This document shows positions 19,415-29,170 of a stretch of 64,000 nt of DNA, one piece after another. The number at the start of each line of letters is the position of its first letter. Position 1 is the stretch's first letter. Origin of the DNA: a virus. The notes below the pieces were generated by a model. It was not told the origin of the DNA and ran no database searches. It saw nothing but the letters and a program-made list of their open reading frames with translations. A program made the translations under genes and the position numbers. The DNA lies in UHGV virus genome UHGV-1370141; one strand, given 5' to 3'.

Positions 19415-20299
19415 CTAAAAACCAGATATAAAGGTGGGCGCAATCCATCGCCACTCCTGCCAGCGTGGTCCTGTCATTGGCCCACACCAGACCCGTTTCC
19501 AATGTGCCCTGCGTATGTGCGCTGCGCGATGAGGCGTTAAACAGATTCTCCTGCCTTCCCTGCGTTGTTTTTCTAAGTCTTCGCGTTGTACTGGACTTAC
19601 GTCAACAACGACAGGTTCTCTCCGTGGGAGGATTTCTGTATCAGGTACGTAACGTGTCGTTCTACCACGGTATTCCCGTCTCTCGCGTTCCGATTTCTTC
19701 ACCCGCGAGGAAAGATATAAACCGATATGTACCTCATCCAGAAGTTCCTCGTCCTTTGACTCGTTAGCAAAGTAAGGCTCTAAACTAACAAAGTCATCTG
19801 CCTTTCTGTTGAACCGATAAATCTTGGTTGTCCAACAGTGCCGCTGATTTATCTCCACCCATCGTAAAACGAACAATACTTCTTCACCTTCGAATTTACG
19901 ACGACCGATAAAGAGCGTAGCAGGAAGTTCGTTAATCTTGACAGTCACGGAAAAGGTGAATGAAGGGATGGCTTCAATCCACGCGTACGGAATATCCGTT
20001 AAACGTTCTGTGTCTGCAAGTAATCCCATCAGCTCTTTATCAGAGATAATTTCAATACCTGCGTATTGCCAACCCAAACCTAACGACTGACGAATAGAAT
20101 ACGGCACCTGTTTGGTGGTGCCGAACTCACGGTACGTTGGGTCGTTAACGGGCAGAAAGGTTACGGGAAGTTGTCTCTTGTGTTCCCTGACAAACGTTAG
20201 AAAACGATCTTCTTTCAGACCAAACAAGTCTTTGTGTGCAGTCTCTATAGCTTCACTAATACGTCGAAGCGTGTCTCCATAAATTCTGCGTCTTAACAT
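19415..20299 (-). CDS. Paralogue A of a two-gene family with conserved basic C-terminal motif (AAHIRRAHWKRVW.GP)
   Basis: Start moved to internal Met (MLRRRIYGD) with AGGAGA SD, removing the 113-nt overlap with the upstream paralogue; shares GW.Y.G, IPa.T and the C-terminal motif with 20310..21242. Confidence 0.5.
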   Translation of the reverse strand: MLRRRIYGDTLRRISEAIETAHKDLFGLKEDRFLTFVREHKRQLPVTFLPVNDPTYREFGTTKQVPYSIRQSLGLGWQYAGIEIISDKELMGLLADTERLTDIPYAWIEAIPSFTFSVTVKINELPATLFIGRRKFEGEEVLFVLRWVEINQRHCWTTKIYRFNRKADDFVSLEPYFANESKDEELLDEVHIGLYLSSRVKKSERERREYRGRTTRYVPDTEILPRREPVVVDVSPVQREDLEKQRREGRRICLTPHRAAHIRRAHWKRVWCGPMTGPRWQEWRWIAPTFISGF

Positions 20300-20309
20300 T
20301 ATAATTCTC

Positions 20310-21242
20310 CTAGTCTTGCGTGTGGGGTACGTAGCCTCGGACAAATGTCGGTGGAATCCAGCAAAGTTTTCTTTTTCTTTCACCGTTTCTTGGGCCAACC
20401 CAGTATCTACGCCAGTGTGCACGACGTATATGTGCAGCTTTGGCGTGTTTGATACCCTGCATGGCTTTCAAGTCGGTGTTAAATCCTTTTAGATATTTTA
20501 CTTGTCCTGGTGTGATATCAACCTTAACATCACGTTCTCGCGGTTTAACGTCGTAACTAATACTACCGTTCTTTTTGATTTCCCTGAACTTAATATCATT
20601 AAAAGACTCCCTGTAATTAGGCGGGATTAGCGTGCACAGAAATATCATCGAAGTGGCGGCTTTGGCCAGAGATAACCATAACATCTTCTCTTCTTCGGTC
20701 TGTACGCCAGTTGTATAATCAATTTCAACAAGCCCGTTTCCTACACTACGAAGCTCTAACGAACAAGTGGCAATTGTGGTAACTCCTTCTGTTAACCCGT
20801 AATCAGTATTTGTAGCGATTATAATAAACCTTTTCTTCCCATTTTTTCGATAGCCGAGAAAGAAAGTCTCATCCTCTTTACCTACGTCGATTGCCACAGT
20901 CCATGCGGGTATAAAGTCCAACCATTCTTCAGGGAATTTACTGGGCATCTCAGTCTCGAAAACAAGTTCTCTAAGTGCTTGGTTGGATATTAAGGAAACC
21001 CCGCCATATAGCCACCCGATTGCCAACGTTTGTGCGTGAAGGGAACGTGGATCTTTGAGACCTAACTCAGTGTCGTAGGGTATAAAGGAATTGGTTAAAT
21101 GGTTACGATTCTTTTTTATCCATTTCGAGACAGGATTTTCTTTTGTTTGGTTTTCTTCCATGACATTTTCTAGATGCTGACTCCCCATTTGTCTAAGACA
21201 GTCTTTAATACCTTTTACTTTTTTACTTTTGTACAAATACAT
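20310..21242 (-). CDS. Paralogue B of the same family (C-terminal AAHIRRAHWRRYWVGP)
   Basis: 310-aa ORF in tandem with paralogue A; same C-terminal motif. Confidence 0.5.
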   Translation of the reverse strand: MYLYKSKKVKGIKDCLRQMGSQHLENVMEENQTKENPVSKWIKKNRNHLTNSFIPYDTELGLKDPRSLHAQTLAIGWLYGGVSLISNQALRELVFETEMPSKFPEEWLDFIPAWTVAIDVGKEDETFFLGYRKNGKKRFIIIATNTDYGLTEGVTTIATCSLELRSVGNGLVEIDYTTGVQTEEEKMLWLSLAKAATSMIFLCTLIPPNYRESFNDIKFREIKKNGSISYDVKPRERDVKVDITPGQVKYLKGFNTDLKAMQGIKHAKAAHIRRAHWRRYWVGPRNGERKRKLCWIPPTFVRGYVPHTQD

Positions 21243-21262
21243 GGTATATGCTCCTAAAATGG

Positions 21263-21294
21263 TTAAAATAAAGCAACCCTAGCCGAAGCTAGGG
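21263..21294 (-). terminator. Rho-independent terminator (CCCTAGC-cgaa-GCTAGGG; U-run on - strand)
   Basis: Inverted repeat with plus-strand A-run on its 5' side, immediately after the stop of 21301..21789. Confidence 0.45.
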
Positions 21295-21300
21295 TGTATG

Positions 21301-21789
21301 TTAGTCGATCTTGACGTAATTTGGGTAATTAGCTTTCAACCACTCCCACAGGTGTAATGCGAGCATACCTTGGTCGTAGCTAATAATATCCACAATACCG
21401 TGTGAGTGTGCTTCATTACCCCAAATTTGACTATAGAAACGACGCCACTCACCTTCTGCATATGGTGGTACAATTGCTGGGATAAAACCGTTATGGTATT
21501 CGTTAATTAGTGATTGTAAAGTTTCAATACGGATTCCGTATAACCGTCTATCGATGAACGATTTTGTGATCCCACCAAAGAAACCAACAAAGAAATCATC
21601 CAGACTCGTTATAAGTCGGGCTCTGTAATTATTTTCGATGTAGTCGGCGGCAACGCCAGCCATCCACGGAGTATCGACGACCATTGGCGCGAGTTTATTT
21701 CTGATCGTGGCATGTACACGGTCGGTATGGTTGAGGAATTCATGAATAATGTCGGAATTTTTCAAAGCGATAATTTGATTTAAATTCAT
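21301..21789 (-). CDS. Hypothetical protein (162 aa)
   Basis: ORF with AAGGAG SD. Confidence 0.4.
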   Translation of the reverse strand: MNLNQIIALKNSDIIHEFLNHTDRVHATIRNKLAPMVVDTPWMAGVAADYIENNYRARLITSLDDFFVGFFGGITKSFIDRRLYGIRIETLQSLINEYHNGFIPAIVPPYAEGEWRRFYSQIWGNEAHSHGIVDIISYDQGMLALHLWEWLKANYPNYVKID

Positions 21790-21806
21790 GTTTTAATCTC
21801 CTTAAG

Positions 21807-22355
21807 TTAAACGGTGCTTGTCTTAGCGGGTTGAAGTTTTGATGATAAATAAATAATCTCGGAACTACACACCCTTTTTACTAATGCCAAATTTTCAATA
21901 AAGATATCTCGAATGCGAGACGTGGTTTCATTAGTAAGAATATCGCTCCAGCATACAGTATCGACTATGTTGGTTTCAGCATTCTGTTGCTGTATAACAC
22001 CAACGTAAATCGTTTCGAAATCGTCTGGGGAATGGTTTTGTAAATAGTGTGCTGCGTCGACGAACGCCTTTTCCAGTATTGATTCTACCGTAGTGTCTGG
22101 GTCGGTTACACGAACCAGGTAGGGTCGCTCTATCACTGCGTGAATCCGCCTTTCTAACACGTCTACCAGAAAATCCACCATCGCTTTAGCATCTAAGATT
22201 ACCACGGTTTCCCCGTTGTTCTCTTTTGTTAGCTTTCTCTCGTACACCGCTATCGCGTCGTGCAGTTCTAACGTCACTTTATTTCGCATTTCGGTAAGTA
22301 TTTTATTTAGCCTGTCTCGTGACGAGCTCAGAGAGAAATCAATAAGTAATTTCAT
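21807..22355 (-). CDS. Hypothetical protein (182 aa)
   Basis: ORF in - block. Confidence 0.4.
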   Translation of the reverse strand: MKLLIDFSLSSSRDRLNKILTEMRNKVTLELHDAIAVYERKLTKENNGETVVILDAKAMVDFLVDVLERRIHAVIERPYLVRVTDPDTTVESILEKAFVDAAHYLQNHSPDDFETIYVGVIQQQNAETNIVDTVCWSDILTNETTSRIRDIFIENLALVKRVCSSEIIYLSSKLQPAKTSTV

Positions 22356-22356
22356 G

Positions 22357-23094
22357 TTAATAATCCTGATAAATGACGTCAGCCCGGTCTTTACGTAACT
22401 GGCAGTATGTCACATCCGCACCGTTAGGGATTCGCACACCGGTGTCTTCAAGATAGATAACACCAGTCTGATTACAGAAATAAAAAGACCACAAATACGG
22501 ATCGCCATGACACCCATTTTCGTAATGATTGAACGGCCAATAACCACGATGTAATTCATCAAAATCATCGCGCTCGATACCGTAAGCAATCATTTCTTTT
22601 TCCCACAACTTACATTCAGCGTCATAAGTCGAATACCAGAAACCAACGAGATTCTTTGTTCGTTTGACGTTCATTAAGTCGTTATAAATGGGAAAGAGCG
22701 CTTTATTGTAATTTTCTAACATGTTCGAGGAAAGTAGAAAATTCACGTAGTATTCTAGCCATTGATAAACGGCCTCCCAGACATCTTCAGAGGAGAAATG
22801 TTCGAATACGGCGTCATCACAATCGTAGTTATCGAAGATCGCTGAGAGATCTATTATGACGTCACGAAGGTCAAAGTTTCGGTTGGTGTTGACAGCGTCA
22901 ATAACCTCAGAGACGAGGTGGGTAAAGACATTTGTACAGGCTGATTGTGCGGTGTAAAAGAATTCTCCTTGGACAGTTGACCATTTTGGGTCTTTCAGGC
23001 GTTCATTGAAGTATTGTGGCCAAATTTTATAAAAGAGTCCCTCGAACAACGAGGGATTAATACGTTGTAATTGAGGGACATAAACTTTCAACAT
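22357..23094 (-). CDS. Hypothetical protein (245 aa)
   Basis: ORF in - block; W/Y/F-rich. Confidence 0.4.
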   Translation of the reverse strand: MLKVYVPQLQRINPSLFEGLFYKIWPQYFNERLKDPKWSTVQGEFFYTAQSACTNVFTHLVSEVIDAVNTNRNFDLRDVIIDLSAIFDNYDCDDAVFEHFSSEDVWEAVYQWLEYYVNFLLSSNMLENYNKALFPIYNDLMNVKRTKNLVGFWYSTYDAECKLWEKEMIAYGIERDDFDELHRGYWPFNHYENGCHGDPYLWSFYFCNQTGVIYLEDTGVRIPNGADVTYCQLRKDRADVIYQDY

Positions 23095-23131
23095 GGTGAC
23101 TAACTCCGAGGGTTCTACACCTGAATAATAT

Positions 23132-23803
23132 CTATCTAAGAAAGTTTTTAGCGAAATAGGGATCGATGTGAAACGCTTTCACGAGAGAATCATAGCCGGA
23201 GTGAATCTGATCGGAGTTGAGCAGGAAACGGTCTAGATCGTGAGGCAATATCCAGGCGTCACCTTGTTTGAAAATAGTGTGACCTACAGTTTCTGGAGAA
23301 AATCGAATTTCTTCCGGGAAGGGATACGTTTGCTTCAAATCGAGGTCGGTGGGTTTTAAGGTAACTAAACGAACGGGTCGTTTACTGGCCACCTCCTTAA
23401 CGAATTGGTTACGATCAAACCAGATAATCTTTTCAGGGTAGCTTTCCAGCTCACTCCAGACCTTGTTAATCACCAGATTAAAGTTCTGTTGCAGTTCCCC
23501 GGATTGGTTAGCGTAACCTAAGCACTCTTCTACCAAAGCTGGATTACCGTAAGTGTTAGTAATAACCTGTGCAATCACACGTTGTGGGAAACAATCTTTC
23601 GGTATATCACAACCTGCATTGTACAATGCAATGATTTCCCACAATGAGCGTAAGGCAAGTTCAAGTGACACTTCCCCGAGTGTATAGTGGTCGTCAGAAT
23701 AGGGGGCTTTAAAGCCCCACTGCTGACGCGCAATTGCTGAAAAGCGTATCTGGATATAACTCGGTGCCATCGATAACGCTTGACTAAAAACAATCAGCAT
23801 CAA
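23132..23803 (-). CDS. Hypothetical protein (223 aa)
   Basis: ORF with 4-nt overlap with the upstream gene. Confidence 0.4.
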   Translation of the reverse strand: MMLIVFSQALSMAPSYIQIRFSAIARQQWGFKAPYSDDHYTLGEVSLELALRSLWEIIALYNAGCDIPKDCFPQRVIAQVITNTYGNPALVEECLGYANQSGELQQNFNLVINKVWSELESYPEKIIWFDRNQFVKEVASKRPVRLVTLKPTDLDLKQTYPFPEEIRFSPETVGHTIFKQGDAWILPHDLDRFLLNSDQIHSGYDSLVKAFHIDPYFAKNFLR

Positions 23804-25311
23804 AGTTCCTTATCGGTCAATATTCGTTTGTTTGAATAATAACCACACCATAGACCATGATACTTCTCACCGATATACACTAACGCGTATTCAATATACT
23901 GACGTTCTGGACGACGTACGGCAATGTAGAATCGCCCGTTTGGTTCTTTGATACGGTTGATTTCCGTACGCGTCGGTATGTCGATAGCACGCGTAAGAAT
24001 AGTTTTAACGTCAACCTTCCCGTTAGGGATTTTAATGGAAACGTCAAACCCTTTATCCACGTTTCGGTAAAAGTCTTTGGTGGGTTTACCTTTTTCGTCA
24101 TAAAGCAAATCGGTAATATCATTTAAGACAACGTTCGATTTGCCTTCCAAACAGTCACGCAGCCACTCTGCCAGTTCATCACGAATGGTTACGCAGCGGT
24201 ATGACAATAACGCGGGACGCAGAATACGACTGATAGACAAGTCTTCGTACATCCACAGGTTTTTGTCTTCGCTAAAGTGCATTTTGTCAACCGGGATACC
24301 GTTAGCCGCAGCTTCCGCAAACTTCTTACGTTTTACGAACAGGTTGAACACAACAGCGATAGGGTCAAACTGACGCAAACGTGGTACGCCCTCCCAGGCT
24401 TTAGCAGCGTGGGCGTTAACCAAATCATAAACGTTCGTCCACGGCTCACGTGTAAACATCACACAAAACTGCGCATCAGGGATGTATTTTCCGACGAAGA
24501 CAATATCGTCCTTCTGTTTTGCGTGGTTACCCCCGAACATGTAATAGAGATTTTCACCGTTTACTTTAACTGTAGGGTGTTGCTCATTTACCATCGGGTA
24601 GCAGAACTTGGTTACGCAAATATCAGGAAACGCGGCAACGTTAACGCCTTCACTGACGATTTCTTCCTGCTGTTCTTCCGGGATTTCGTCTGCTGACCAG
24701 TACGCCTGATAATCTAAACCTTCTCCGTGCGCAGAGATGGATGATCCTTTTCGTGCCAGCCCGTCAGCTCGTTCGTTACCGTAGTGACCAGAGTGTCCTT
24801 TGATTTTAAGAACACGAATCCCTTTTCCTTCTTTCTTCAGACGTTTCTTAATTTCCCACATCCGTTGAACCAGCTCAAGGTTCGCGATAGGGGTTCCATC
24901 AGCCCGTCGCCAGTCCCGCTTAGCCCAACCGTCAATCCAATCGTTAAACGTATTCACAACGTAAGACGCGTCGATATAGATAACGTAGTTTTTTGCAACG
25001 AACGGTGCTTTTTCGAAAACGGTTAAAAAAGCAACAATCTCTGCAACATCGGAGTGGTGGTGTTTCGGTACCGGAATAACACAGTCTACGAACTCAACAG
25101 AGTCCGGTAGCGCAGGAAGTTTTTCCTCTTTGTTAATCTGGCGATAACCAGAGGTCGTAATCCCTTCGGGAATGGTAGGGTGGCGATAAACGCCACCGTC
25201 AACAATCTCTTCCTTGTTAAACAGGTAGCCGTGAATCCCACCGCCTGTTCCCATCGGTGAGGTTAAATGGCTACCGTCGGTATAAAGTACAGCAACATCA
25301 ACGTTCTTCAT
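23800..25311 (-). CDS. RNase HI-domain protein fused to a roughly 300-aa C-terminal domain of unknown function
   Basis: N-terminal RNase HI catalytic set: VAVLYTDGS, SDVAEIVAF, YIDASYV, KGHSGHYGNERADGLA (compare E. coli RNase HI EIFTDGS ... KGHAGHPENERCDELA). Remainder unassigned. Confidence 0.7.
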   Translation of the reverse strand: MKNVDVAVLYTDGSHLTSPMGTGGGIHGYLFNKEEIVDGGVYRHPTIPEGITTSGYRQINKEEKLPALPDSVEFVDCVIPVPKHHHSDVAEIVAFLTVFEKAPFVAKNYVIYIDASYVVNTFNDWIDGWAKRDWRRADGTPIANLELVQRMWEIKKRLKKEGKGIRVLKIKGHSGHYGNERADGLARKGSSISAHGEGLDYQAYWSADEIPEEQQEEIVSEGVNVAAFPDICVTKFCYPMVNEQHPTVKVNGENLYYMFGGNHAKQKDDIVFVGKYIPDAQFCVMFTREPWTNVYDLVNAHAAKAWEGVPRLRQFDPIAVVFNLFVKRKKFAEAAANGIPVDKMHFSEDKNLWMYEDLSISRILRPALLSYRCVTIRDELAEWLRDCLEGKSNVVLNDITDLLYDEKGKPTKDFYRNVDKGFDVSIKIPNGKVDVKTILTRAIDIPTRTEINRIKEPNGRFYIAVRRPERQYIEYALVYIGEKYHGLWCGYYSNKRILTDKEL

Positions 25312-25313
25312 TC

Positions 25314-26048
25314 TTAATCCCTGGTTAACTGATCACGAATCTGTGGTGGAATATACTCACCGGTTTTCAGTTCTTCGTGACAGGCTTTAGCACGTTCGTA
25401 CCCATACTCGCGAGTAATCAGTGCAAGGTGATAAATACGTGCGGTGGTATAAGCTTCTTTCGCGGCATCCCACAAAGCATGGTGTTCAAATGCCGGTTTA
25501 CCCCGCGTCCAGTAAACTTGCTCAACGGTCAAGTCAGGCTCAAAACCAAACGCCAGCGCTAAACGTTCTGCGGTGCGGTCACTGTCTAACGCGCTGAACT
25601 TACGGAATTTACCTGGAGGGACGTCACATTGTGCGAACGCGTTCATGAAAATCGGCGAATCGAAATCCGGACCACGCATGGTGATAACAAAATTGTGTTT
25701 ACCGGTGATTTCGTCTAACCACTTACGCATCGCCCACAGCGCTTCCGGCATAGGAGTTGTACCGCCCCATGCTTCCGTGTAGGCTTCACGAGACGGTGCG
25801 TATTCAGGTTCCCCTTTACCTTCCCACCATCCTACGGTCTGTGGGTCTTCGTGGAACACAGCTTTTGCTTTAGGGTCGTTAGGATCAATACGCATATACG
25901 ACGACCCCACCATTTTTAAAGTCGGTACGTCAAAGGCAACTAAGCCCGTGGTTAACAGATACGCATCAGGACGCAGTGATTTAGTTTCTGCGTCGGCACC
26001 GATTACCAACGTCGGTAAGGTGGGTTGAATCGTTTTCGGGTATGTCAT
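25314..26048 (-). CDS. DEDDh 3'-5' exonuclease (T4 DexA-like)
   Basis: LVIGADAETKS (Exo I D-x-E), GPDFDSPIF (Exo II), HHALWDAAKE (H-x4-D Exo III); overall order resembles T4 DexA from memory. Confidence 0.6.
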   Translation of the reverse strand: MTYPKTIQPTLPTLVIGADAETKSLRPDAYLLTTGLVAFDVPTLKMVGSSYMRIDPNDPKAKAVFHEDPQTVGWWEGKGEPEYAPSREAYTEAWGGTTPMPEALWAMRKWLDEITGKHNFVITMRGPDFDSPIFMNAFAQCDVPPGKFRKFSALDSDRTAERLALAFGFEPDLTVEQVYWTRGKPAFEHHALWDAAKEAYTTARIYHLALITREYGYERAKACHEELKTGEYIPPQIRDQLTRD

Positions 26049-26085
26049 GTTAAGCTCCTTTCTCTATACATTAGAAGGGGGTTAA

Positions 26086-26130
26086 ACGTTAAAAAGAAAA
26101 TACCTCCTGTACCCCGAAGGATACAGGAGG
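26086..26130 (-). terminator. Terminator-like hairpin (CCTCCTGTA...TACAGGAGG) with U-run on - strand
   Basis: 9 bp inverted repeat with plus-strand A-run on 5' side, immediately after the stop of 26136..26591. Confidence 0.4.
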
Positions 26131-26135
26131 CGTTG

Positions 26136-26591
26136 TCAGTTCAAACACATTGTCAGATACTGATCGTAGGCGTCTAATAAAGCTTGCCGGTCAGAGCGAT
26201 AATTCCACAACAACGAATTCAGTTTACGTGATAAATCCCGACTGATTTCTTGTGGCGTTAACGCTTTGTCGTCTAATAACATCTTTTCTGGAACGGAATG
26301 TAATTTAGGAATTTCAAATCGTTCGCAGATAGGTGCTAACATCGGTGGATTCCACCCGCGTTTGACTGCTTGTTGATTTAAGTTTCGTGTGTAAAGATAA
26401 ACGTAATAAGCGTATGTATTCACATCCGCAACATATTCCCGCATCGCGTCTTTATCAATTTTCCAATTTAGCATGATAGGCGGCGCTGGCGGAGGTTGTA
26501 ACGCAGTATAGGATGGCCGTTTACCGGGTTCTCCATAGCCATTACTCACCAAACCCACGCACAAAATCATGATGAATAACAGCGATTTCAT
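26136..26591 (-). CDS. Secreted (signal-peptide) hypothetical protein (151 aa)
   Basis: N-terminus MKSLLFIMILCVGLVSNGYG is signal-peptide-like. Confidence 0.45.
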   Translation of the reverse strand: MKSLLFIMILCVGLVSNGYGEPGKRPSYTALQPPPAPPIMLNWKIDKDAMREYVADVNTYAYYVYLYTRNLNQQAVKRGWNPPMLAPICERFEIPKLHSVPEKMLLDDKALTPQEISRDLSRKLNSLLWNYRSDRQALLDAYDQYLTMCLN

Positions 26592-26594
26592 CAG

Positions 26595-27098
26595 TTACTC
26601 CTTAGGTGAGGATAACGTCTTTATGATCTCCTGACGGAAACTGTTAGCGTTTTGACTACCAACAGGTCGCGCCGAAGCTTCTTTGCGTTGTTCTGGTGTT
26701 GAAGCTGGGCTAACAGGAGTTTCTGGTTTCTTAGGTGTTAAATCTTTGGTAGAGTTGTCTTCTTTTACCGTGCTGTACCCACTTTCATATGGCGGTTTCT
26801 GGCCGAGGCAAATAAAGAGCTTGTCGTATAATCTACCATTATCATCTTTCAGTTTGTCACGATCTTGCTTCATCTCTTGGTAAGATTGCGACATGTATTG
26901 ATCATGAGATTGTACGGTAACGAGCTTGTGAAACTGCACTACGTACGCATAGGAGACGAAAGCCGAGTAGGATAACAAGACCGTGATGATTAAAGTCATT
27001 ATCTTGTTTGCTCTTGATACGTTTTCTCCTTCTCCTGGTTTAAATGCTTCCATCAACATCTGAATGAAGAACGGAAGCACTTTAAGAAATGAACCCAT
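26595..27098 (-). CDS. Membrane protein (N-terminal TM helix, charged C-terminal tail; 167 aa)
   Basis: Hydrophobic segment KIMTLIITVLLSYSAFVSYAYVV followed by a K/D/E-rich region; 4 nt upstream of the secreted-protein gene. Confidence 0.45.
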   Translation of the reverse strand: MGSFLKVLPFFIQMLMEAFKPGEGENVSRANKIMTLIITVLLSYSAFVSYAYVVQFHKLVTVQSHDQYMSQSYQEMKQDRDKLKDDNGRLYDKLFICLGQKPPYESGYSTVKEDNSTKDLTPKKPETPVSPASTPEQRKEASARPVGSQNANSFRQEIIKTLSSPKE

Positions 27099-27123
27099 TG
27101 CTCACCTCGGAGTATTTTTAATT

Positions 27124-28497
27124 ATGTTAGACTTACAAGGTTTTATTCAGATACCGGCTCTGTTTGACAATCAGGACGGCGTCACCGCTCCGGTAGGTGA
27201 GCTGTCTGATCTGACCCTCTCGTACGCGAAGAGTAAACAGACGTTTACTAAATCCAATCTGCAAGTGCAGTTGGTGACATTTACGTCTAAACGAGAAAAA
27301 CAGACGGTTGTTGTTCCAGCCGAGTTTTCTGATCATATTCTAACCGTTTCTCAATGGATTTACCAGCAAGCCATCTTGGGGAATCTGAGAAATGACGAAC
27401 TTGAATTCCAGCGCCTATTATTAGGTCAATTCCAAACAACCATTTCCGGTGTCCAGTCCGGTGCGATGATCCAGACGAACAGTAATTGGTTCCCACGTTG
27501 GGTGAGCTGGAAATATGAAGCAACTGCAGATCAAGTACAAGATGACACTGATGTAGATAACCAAATCATAGTTTGGTTCTCGGATGAAGACTTCGACCAG
27601 GACTACACGGGTTTTGAAATCGAAGTACAGATGCCGATTGAGCCAATCGACACATTCTTGGCCACAAAGTCAGTCGTTGAAAAAGCGATGGAAGGGTTTA
27701 ACCTTACCGAACACCATAAGAAAATCAACGAGTTAATGGCAGGGTTCCCGTATACTGCCATCCAAACTAACTACTACACCTGGCATGACCAAGAAAACTA
27801 CGAGTCAACACTGGTTATTCCAATGTCGGTTATCATTTACGGACGTGCAGGAAAAAACCCAACGAAAATAAAGCAAGCGTTGCGTGAACATATTCTTGCA
27901 AACTCCAGCTTTACGGTTCCGATCGGGGTGAAGGTATTCCCTGAGATCTTTACCACTACGAAATTCACAATGGTTCCGGGGTGGAAAATCCGTGGTATAC
28001 CGAATGAGGAAGACGTGGCGGCTCTCTATTCCCCCATCCTTCCATATGATTTCTGGGTCAAAGCCATTACAAAGTTTGGGGAATGGTCTGATCAGTCTGT
28101 TGCGGAAAGAAATAGTAAAACGGTAAGCAAACCGACGACGGATGTTACCGATTTACCGACCGTGTACAAATCACTGAACATGGTGGTTATCAGTGGTCCT
28201 GAAAACGACACTCGTAAGAATACCTTACACGAAACGTTACCAGACTACGCACTGATTGCAACAACAAACCCAGACATTGCACGAATGTCGAAATCCACCA
28301 CAGAATGGTTAGCGTTGTTCTTCCAGGCGTTAATAGCAGCGGAAGAATACCATCCGTATCAGACCAGTCTGGATGTCGTGAAACTCGTTGATGAAGCCGA
28401 TCCAGATAACTATTTCTGGGTGTTCGAATACGATAACGTCGAATATCGCATACTGTCTCGTAAATCGAAATGGTACACTGAAATCGACGAGGAGTAA
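27124..28497 (+). CDS. Hypothetical protein (about 458 aa)
   Basis: Start placed at the internal Met (MLDLQGF) so it does not overlap the divergent gene start at 27098; start uncertain. Confidence 0.45.
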   Translation: MLDLQGFIQIPALFDNQDGVTAPVGELSDLTLSYAKSKQTFTKSNLQVQLVTFTSKREKQTVVVPAEFSDHILTVSQWIYQQAILGNLRNDELEFQRLLLGQFQTTISGVQSGAMIQTNSNWFPRWVSWKYEATADQVQDDTDVDNQIIVWFSDEDFDQDYTGFEIEVQMPIEPIDTFLATKSVVEKAMEGFNLTEHHKKINELMAGFPYTAIQTNYYTWHDQENYESTLVIPMSVIIYGRAGKNPTKIKQALREHILANSSFTVPIGVKVFPEIFTTTKFTMVPGWKIRGIPNEEDVAALYSPILPYDFWVKAITKFGEWSDQSVAERNSKTVSKPTTDVTDLPTVYKSLNMVVISGPENDTRKNTLHETLPDYALIATTNPDIARMSKSTTEWLALFFQALIAAEEYHPYQTSLDVVKLVDEADPDNYFWVFEYDNVEYRILSRKSKWYTEIDEE

Positions 28498-28500
28498 TGA

Positions 28501-29124
28501 ATGGCTACGCGTTTACCTCTTTTGGTTCCCGTTAACACAACGGGTTTATTTAAGGTAAAAACACCGTTTACGTTAGCCGAAACGGTTATCTTCACGGTGG
28601 AGGCATCACGTACCTTCCCAGATTTAGTACGTCAGAATATTGATGTTTACAACGAGTATTACAAGCCCGTTGGGTTGGAGCGAGAAGAATATCTTGCTGA
28701 TGCTACCGTTAACGCGTCTATTCTTACGTTTAAATCACGCGATGGTCAAGTCGTTTATATCCCCGACACTTACGTAGAATCGTGCCCCGGTTTATCGGGA
28801 ATCGCGTACCAGCGTAATGTGATGGTGGTGGACTTATCGTTTGTACCGGATTATGTAGATGTGTCGGTGATGACTAAAGACGTTTCGGATATTCTTACCC
28901 GTACGTTGGGTATCGACCCGAAAGTCGAAATCACGACCATGGAGTATGAAGGGAAAGTGACGGAGGAGCAACACCTGCAAATGGAAGCGGCTCGGAAAAG
29001 GAAAATTCGAGAGGCTATTCCGTTGTCAGAACAGGTTACTTCGTTGACAAACGAAAACAAAAAATTAAAAGAGTTAAACAACCAGATGTTAGAGATTCTT
29101 AAAGCTAACGGGTTAGTTAACTAA
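28501..29124 (+). CDS. Hypothetical protein with C-terminal coiled coil (207 aa)
   Basis: ORF starts 4 nt after the preceding stop; C-terminus QVTSLTNENKKLKELNNQMLEILKANG; followed by a terminator. Confidence 0.45.
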   Translation: MATRLPLLVPVNTTGLFKVKTPFTLAETVIFTVEASRTFPDLVRQNIDVYNEYYKPVGLEREEYLADATVNASILTFKSRDGQVVYIPDTYVESCPGLSGIAYQRNVMVVDLSFVPDYVDVSVMTKDVSDILTRTLGIDPKVEITTMEYEGKVTEEQHLQMEAARKRKIREAIPLSEQVTSLTNENKKLKELNNQMLEILKANGLVN

Positions 29125-29170
29125 AAGAAATTACCCTACTCCTTTTCGGGAGTAGGGTAGCTTTTATTTT
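29121..29170. terminator. Bidirectional rho-independent terminator (ACCCTACTCC-ttttcg-GGAGTAGGGT with T-tract)
   Basis: Perfect 10 bp stem followed by AGCTTTTATTTT; between convergent genes ending 29124 (+) and 29169 (-). Confidence 0.6.

Noticed and set aside
26136-27098. Spanin pair (outer-membrane lipoprotein plus inner-membrane component) call for the secreted and TM protein pair
   Set aside because: The secreted protein lacks a convincing lipobox (residues before the Cys are not L-x-[GAS]) and the pair is not adjacent to the lysin candidate; left as generic secreted and membrane proteins.
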